Below the pieces are notes generated by a model, which saw only the letters and a program-made list of their open reading frames with translations, was not told where the DNA came from and did not search any database. A stretch of 51,506 nucleotides of DNA, filler included, from Sphacelaria rigidula (taxonomy: Eukaryota), in the NCBI GenBank assembly GCA_964200075.2. It is 3 parts of 3 records of this genome, joined end to end, with 100 filler letters (N's around TTAATTAATTAA, not from the genome) between each part and the next. Parts side by side here need not be neighbours in the genome. Positions count along the whole stretch, not along the records: positions 34,409 to 51,506 come from CAXNAA020001170.1; 2 more parts are not named here. The stretch is one strand, 5' to 3'. This document shows positions 45,440-51,506 of this stretch, piece by piece; position 1 is the first letter of the stretch; each line of letters starts with the position of its first letter. Both the position numbers and the translations under genes were made by a program.

Positions 45440-46123
45440 GTAGGAGGAAATGGCTTGATATGTGAACGCTGAACACGGACACATACGTACTATACGTATC
45501 CTATTTTGTGAAACAAAAGGCGTGGGGGGGGGGGTAACAAATGCAACGTCGAAACTGCACAGTTTAGTAGTCCAAGGGCCCCGCCCTGCACGAAGGAAGG
45601 TTCAGAACACGTCGAGCTACACCGAAAACAACACGCCTGGACAGGACACACATAGCGCAAACATCAAGGTCATGTGACAATGAAATTCGCTAGCGTGTTC
45701 TAGTTCGTGCCATAGCTCACTAGGCGACGCTAACAGTTGGCTACATCAATCATGTACGCGTCGGACCGTTCATGAGCTACCCGAACATCACTTTTTATAA
45801 CTGCGCGTGTACTGGTCCGGATCATGAGCTAGCTTGATTGCGATCCTTTCCCTTTTTGCTTCCTACAGCGCCGGACGCCGGGCACGCGGAGTAGCGCAAG
45901 GGCAGCGCTTTGTCTTCTCAGACCCCGCTGTCACGTATTTTGTGTCCTTGGACAACGGGTCTGAGAGCTCTCTTCGACTAGTTACTTTAGGTAGCTCATG
46001 AGCTGTCCGATGTGTGAACCATGGGCCCTGATGCGGGGATCGCTTTCGGGGTTTAGTTGCTGGCCATGCGGTGATGTTTTGTGAACAAAAGAAGACCCTG
46101 TGTGCTACGTACCCCCGTGCCAG

Positions 46124-46237
46124 TTTCTCATTCTCTGCGAAAAGGTGCTCGGCTTCAAGGACGGAAAGGAAGTGTTCCATGAGCCGGCCAGCGGTTTCAG
46201 GAAAGTCGACTTCGGAGACGCTATCGGGGAAAAGACT
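46124..46237 (+). CDS. Saccharopine-dehydrogenase-like exon
   Basis: CAG|FLILCEKVLGFKDGKE..RKVDFGDAIGEKT|GTAAGT. Confidence 0.92.
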
Positions 46238-46691
46238 GTAAGTGGTTGCGTGTTTGCTGTTGCTTGCTTGGTACGTTTGGGGTGCCTGATGAGAGCGATT
46301 CGGCCGTTCTATTTTCCAAGCGGAGGTTCGGATACTGCTCGGATGCCTGGTTTCGGTGAGGAAGGGGGGAATTAGAAGTGCGTTTATCCTATGTCGCGTG
46401 TTTGTGGTGAGGCCTTCCAGATTTGTCACAACATCGCTGGAGAGCGCCGGTGCGGGAGTATTACCACGAGTATTTTCGTTGCCGGTATGAAATGCAGCAT
46501 GACCGTGATTTTGATCGTGGTTGTTCTTGATGATTCTCATCCACCAATGGCGTCGACAGAGCGCTGTCGGCCTCGAGACTGTTGTTGTGTTGTAGTGGCC
46601 CCCTACGTGACCGCGTGGGGCGCTAGCTGCCCCCGGCCTGCACCGGTTGCTTGACTGCTGGATCTCGATCGTTTGCATGCCGTGTTTGCAG

Positions 46692-46759
46692 GTGTTTCGA
46701 ATGAACCTCATCGAGTCTTTCACCTGCAACCAAGTGCTAGGCATCCCCAATATCAGCAC
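46692..46759 (+). CDS. Saccharopine-dehydrogenase-like exon
   Basis: CAG|VFRMNLIESFTCNQVLGIPNIS(T)|GTGAGT; phase 2 matches the next exon. Confidence 0.9.
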
Positions 46760-46900
46760 GTGAGTACGGAGGATCACGAACACAGTTTTGTGTTGCTGTT
46801 GCCGTGAGGTGAAACGCGCACGCCACAACCTTTGATATTAACCAGCTTGACCTTTTCACTATTTTTCAGTATGTTCGGTGTTGGTTCGCAGATGCTGTGT

Positions 46901-47048
46901 GTGCACACTTTCCCACTGTATGCACACTTTCCCACTATATGCCATTTCCCACTGAATGCACCCTTTCCCGCTACGTGCACCCTTTCCCACTGTATGCACC
47001 CTTTCCCACTGTGTGCAACCTATCCCACTGACTGTGTGCTCCCTTTCC
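46901..47048. repeat. ~19-bp intronic minisatellite
   Basis: TGCAC(A/C)CTTTCCCACTGTA repeated about 7-8 times. Confidence 0.9.
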
Positions 47049-47231
47049 TACAAGATCGCGAGTTGCACGAATTGCGTAAACCGCCGTTGATGACACTACA
47101 CTATGTTCGCATGCTCGACCAAGGTGTGCGTGGCGGTGTACATGCAATCCATGGTTGTTGTTTGCAGCGGTTTCACCGTTCTTGATGTGCGCCATCGGCA
47201 TACGTTCGTCCGCCTTGCTGCCCCCGAACAG

Positions 47232-47373
47232 GTACTTCGGTACGTCGCCCGAGCCGTGGAACTACCTGCTGAAGGGTATGACTTTGCTGCCGCAGAGCAT
47301 CATGGGAAATCGGGACATGATGCAGTCTCTGGCGGAGTTTTCGGAGCCCCTCGTGCGAATAACAGACAAGCTG
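47232..47373 (+). CDS. Saccharopine-dehydrogenase-like exon
   Basis: CAG|YFGTSPEPWNYLL..SEPLVRITDKL|GTGCG. Confidence 0.92.
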
Positions 47374-47850
47374 GTGCGCGTATTCAGTACAAACACCGAA
47401 GTGGTACATCGTCATGACCTGTATTTGCACTGAAATTTCGGTGTTTTTGCTCGCCTGCAGAGTCGTGTTGTTTAAAACACCTCGCGTCTTCCCGGGCAGG
47501 CAGCAAAGGAAAGTCATTTCACAACGCTGAGGAGCATGAAGACATCTGAAAACACGCACACACCGTATCACTGCAGCCCGCGTGGTTGCACACAGGCGAC
47601 GCCGCCAAATGATGTGCGCAATACCGAGTGAATACCCGTTGGTCGTGTTCGCAGAATGAAACGCTAGAGCGGAGAAACGCGAGCGTCGCATTTTATTCTT
47701 GGTTTTTTACCAAAATTTCCCGGCCGCTGATTGGTTGCTCTAGGACCGCACTTACCAAATGCACCTTCATCCGTGAGATGGCCGAAACAAGTAAACAGCG
47801 GTGTTGTATTTCTCATTGTCGCACACACTCTGCGCTATAAATTCAAACAG

Positions 47851-47991
47851 GTGGGGGCGACGAACGCCATGCGTATGGAAGCCGTAGCAAAGGATGGCCG
47901 AAAGGCGGTCATTCGATACGCCCACGAGGATCTAGAGGTGTGCGTGGGTATAGCGACCGCCGCCTTCGCGATGGCCACCCTGCGAGGAGAC
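47851..47991 (+). CDS. Saccharopine-dehydrogenase-like exon
   Basis: CAG|VGATNAMRMEA..HEDLEVCVGIATAAFA..RGD|GTGAGT. Confidence 0.92.
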
Positions 47992-48544
47992 GTGAGTTTC
48001 CGGCCTATGGAGGCGTTTTTTTTTTCCTTCGGAGTTTCGGTGTCGGGGATGATGCGGACTTGCGCTCTTGTGTATCGAATGCCTCGTGAACGCTTGATGG
48101 CATTCAGTTACCGTCTGAGGCCACAGCAGCAAGATGGTGACGTACTCCTTCCAAGTGTTGTCGATCCAGTTTTATAGTAGAGCGAACTTACCTATATATG
48201 CGCATGTTGACAAGCTAAACCCGAGCAGCCACGTTCGGTGGTGTGTATGGGGACCCGACACATAATCTTCATATATGAGTACTCCATTTTGCGGGGGAAC
48301 TGATACGCCAGGAACACAATCTCCATATTGAAATAATCCATTCTGCACTCGAACTGAAACGCCTCTCCTTTGTCGTACATCGCTTGTTGACTGCTTTCCT
48401 TGGCTTGCAACATGAACGACGTTCGTCGGCTGTGCTTCTGTATACGTTCTGCTTTGTCTTTGGCACTGGGCTTCTAATATAATATTCGTTACTTTTTCCC
48501 GATATTTCCAATTCGTTTTCCCCCCTTTCCCTCCTCCCAAGAAA

Positions 48545-48890
48545 ATGCACAGAATTGACCCTGTGGCAAAGCAATAGAGAACAGAACTCATATCGTGGCA
48601 GAATACGAACTATACAAGGAGGAACGAGACGTGCTAGAGCGGGAAATGCGGGACGTGAACAAAGGTGGCATGGAATCTTTTCATGCATTAGACAGTAGCG
48701 AAAAAACAATGGCTATACTAGGAGATAGATGGTGGCCATAGACGGCGAAACAGGACGAGGATGAGATATGCAATGGTTTTTTGTGTAATGTATGGAAGAA
48801 ACGTAATGAGCGCCGGTCTTTATTAGGAGCAGGAACGGTGTCCCGATTGTAGGAGTCGTTCTCCACGAAGGTTCGCTCCCCCACACTCAT
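48545..48890 (+). mobile_element. Non-LTR retrotransposon ORF2 C-terminal fragment (intronic copy 2)
   Basis: *PCGKAIENRTHIVAEY (decayed CCHC-type finger)..ILGDRWWP..VWKKRNE. Confidence 0.7.
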
Positions 48891-49098
48891 GTTTAGAAAC
48901 GACAGATTACGTGACATTCCTTTTTTGTTTGGAAGTGCCATATTCTATTTTCGGTACAAAAACGAAAGCAAAAAAAAAAACTATTCTCCATCATTGACAA
49001 CGACCCGAACCAACTACCGTCAGGTGAGAACCGAAAAAGTATGTCAAGCCTTAAATCCTTTGTGCAACTTCTCGTCTTGTATCATTCGGTGTCGGCAG

Positions 49099-49236
49099 GT
49101 GCGAGCAGGCGTATGGTTCCCGGAAGAGGCGTTTGAAAACCAAGACAAGCGCAGCCGTCTATTCTCTGAAGCAACCAAGGACGCCTTCATGTGGGAAAGC
49201 GAAAGAGAAGGGACCATAAAGGTCGGCGTAACCTAG
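49099..49236 (+). CDS. Saccharopine-dehydrogenase-like terminal exon
   Basis: CAG|VRAGVWFPEEAF..KVGVT* (TAG). Confidence 0.92.
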   Translation: MRAGVWFPEEAFENQDKRSRLFSEATKDAFMWESEREGTIKVGVT

Positions 49237-50456
49237 ACTAGTTCGGAAATAGGACTGCCCAGCACCAGAGTATGTTGTGCCCCCAGGGTTGCGCATGTGG
49301 TGTCCTGTGAGTGTGTTGCGCTGTGGAGGTGGCATGTTGGTCGTCGACCTAAGATCGGGGGCTGCTTGTGGAGGCACCCCTTGTGTCGTTTTAGGCAGTT
49401 TCATAAAGTCCTTTTTTTTTCTCAGCGTGAATCATCGTAGGCCCATTATTTTCGAGTTTTGTTTTCGGAGATCTCCCAATTTTTCGGGATTGACAAGGTA
49501 CCTGATGACTCTCGAATGGCTTGTGAGGGCCACGGCGTACACACAGGGCAGCTAGCTGCCCGAAGTGCTGCAGTGCAGTCCAAATTTTTCGGACTTCTCC
49601 AAAAATGAAGCTTCGGAGAAAACATCAAGCCGCTTCGTTTTCGGAGAAATCTGAACGAAAAGCCCGAAAAGTCCGATTTTTTTTTAGATCTCCGGAAAAG
49701 ATACTGTCGATAATAATGGGTCTTCAGCGTAGATACCTCGTCAAGCAGACAATTGCGGACACTCTTTTCTTGTTTGCTCAGTGTAATGGGGTTCTCAGGT
49801 GATGTGCGAAAAATAGTTGTTTTGTTCTACGAAACTAACTCTGATTACGCCCCGACGGAAGACTGGCTACCGTGAGGGCAGTGCTCGTGCTCAAGTTGTT
49901 GAGTCTACCGTAGGTTCGGGGATGTCTCGTATAAGTGTGGAGCACACAGAGGTGGATTACTCTTAGGAGAGTGAGTCTCTTGTGGGGACCGGACAGCTAG
50001 CACACAATTGGTCGTGGGGAATGATCCTCGTGGATGATGTCTTGGGGATCGGGAATACAGAACCCTGGAGACGTCACGAACTTGCTCTCCACATACGAAC
50101 TACCTGATTAAAATATACAATATAATGTACACCCGGATAAATGAGCAGGTTTTCGAAGTTGTCTGCGCTATACGTGCAATTGAGCGTTGTAGGGAAAGGT
50201 TGTTCGACGACCGTGCAAGCACACGCCCGATGCGTCTCAGCTGACTCGTGGAGCATGAAAACAAGAACGGATCATTCAGACGTCTTGATTTCCTGGGACG
50301 GGGTCGACACGCACAGCTGGTTTCCCGAGGAGACAGTCATGATTCGACAGGACGTTCGTCGGGCTAACTTTCGATCCCTGACTTGCAATTCTGCGCACGA
50401 ATCCGGAACCATCGTACAAAATCCAATCATTTTGTTTCCCCATTGGGGATTTCTCA

Positions 50457-50647
50457 GGCCGTGTCGTAGCAAATCATTTTTTCTATCGGACAAGAGCAGC
50501 GGAAAAGAAAGAAGAATCTGGTAGGTCAGGATGATCATCATTTATGTCTGCGCCATTTATGTTGAAATGATTACACATCAGAGGGAAAAATTCCCTTGCC
50601 ACCGCACTCTTTCGATCGAAAAACAGATTATTTGCCAAGACACGCCC
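50457..50647. repeat. Diverged inverted repeat (~50-bp arms), MITE-like
   Basis: GGCCGTGTCGTAGCAAATCATTTTTTCTATCG / CGATCGAAAAACAGATTATTTGCCAAGACACGCCC. Confidence 0.55.
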
Positions 50648-50990
50648 TTATTCGAAGTTGTCGGGGGCGAAAGTAAAGGAAGCCATTTCGGAGCGTCTCC
50701 CACTGCCGAACGTCGAAATGAGATTCAACGCCAGAGCGGTGCTTTCTCCCTAATCTAAAGTGATGACAAATAAATGACGTTCACGTGGACGACCTCTTGC
50801 CCCCCCACCTTCGTGAAACTATTTTTGGGGGAATCCCGTCTTCCATTCCCCCGAAGTGTATGTGCGGAAGCACATTCTTTTCTCTCGATATTGGGGTGAA
50901 GAAGGAACGCTTCTCAGCCCGAGAATGGTATTTTCACTCACATCCTCATATGGGGACACGAAAGACGAGAAACCCCCAACAATATTTTCA

Positions 50991-51427
50991 GGAAGGTCGA
51001 GGACATGAAGTAGTCCATGTTGAAGTCATCTGTCAATGTCATGGCTTTAGGTCAGGAAAAGCACTTTTTGGAGTTGAACCTCACAGAAATGTCGACCGTC
51101 ATTTTTCATAATAATCTAATATTGGGGGAACCGAGGTCGGAAAACCCACGTCGCGAAAACAAGTCGAGGGAGGTCGAGGGGCATGATGAGGTCGTCCATA
51201 CGAAAGTAATCAGTCATGACGGTAGGTCCGGGAAAGCACTGTTTCGGAGTTGAACCTCATTTTGACGTTCAACCTCATGTTCTAGTAGTTATCTCTCCTA
51301 AGGCCGCTTCTGGTATCAAGAGTGGATTCTCGAAAATGGGGTTGAAAAAAATGAGGTTCAATTCAAAAGCCGTGCTTTCCCTGGCCTTCATTCATGACAG
51401 ACGACTTTTATATGGACGACCCCATCC
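50991..51427. repeat. Direct (~179-bp period) plus inverted copies of one segment
   Basis: GGAAA(A)GCACT.TTT.GGAGTTGAACCTCA at about 51055 and 51231. Segment 51185-51282 is inverted at about 51331-51427. Confidence 0.7.
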
Positions 51428-51506
51428 CTCCCGATTTATTTATGTTTTCTCTCACACTTTGAACCCCTCCCCTTCCTCGGGATGAGTCCGTGGTCTCAAG
51501 GGATCA

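Noticed and set aside
45863..46828. 321-aa minus-strand ORF (and similar ones at 43913-44527 and 32457-32981)
   Set aside because: Antisense shadows over real exons and introns, with no domain-like content.

Overview
Repeat-rich eukaryotic nuclear DNA, most likely from a brown alga or another stramenopile. This is inferred from short GT-AG exons in long introns, a plastid-type ftsZ, TTAGGG-type telomeric hexamers and a stramenopile-like 5S motif. Two host genes are supported, both on the + strand. One is a plastid-type ftsZ with five exons seen (31.58-34.06 kb); its first and last exons were not found. The other is a saccharopine-dehydrogenase-like oxidoreductase with nine exons seen (42.36-49.24 kb), including a GC-AG intron. 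The rest is nested transposon debris: a decayed Ty1/copia element, a rearranged LTR element, LINE and SINE fragments, MITEs resembling Harbinger, pogo, hAT, piggyBac and CMC, and decayed ORFs I cannot assign (10-24 kb). Two scaffold gaps carry an artificial TTAATTAATTAA linker. The two best candidates for something undescribed are (1) three unrelated internal sequences each folded back as an inverted duplication with similar arm length (about 171-182 bp), and (2) a repeat carrying the 5S rRNA internal promoter, arranged tail-to-tail. I saw no CRISPR array and no recognisable RNA-guided nuclease. All coordinates and alignments were done by eye.
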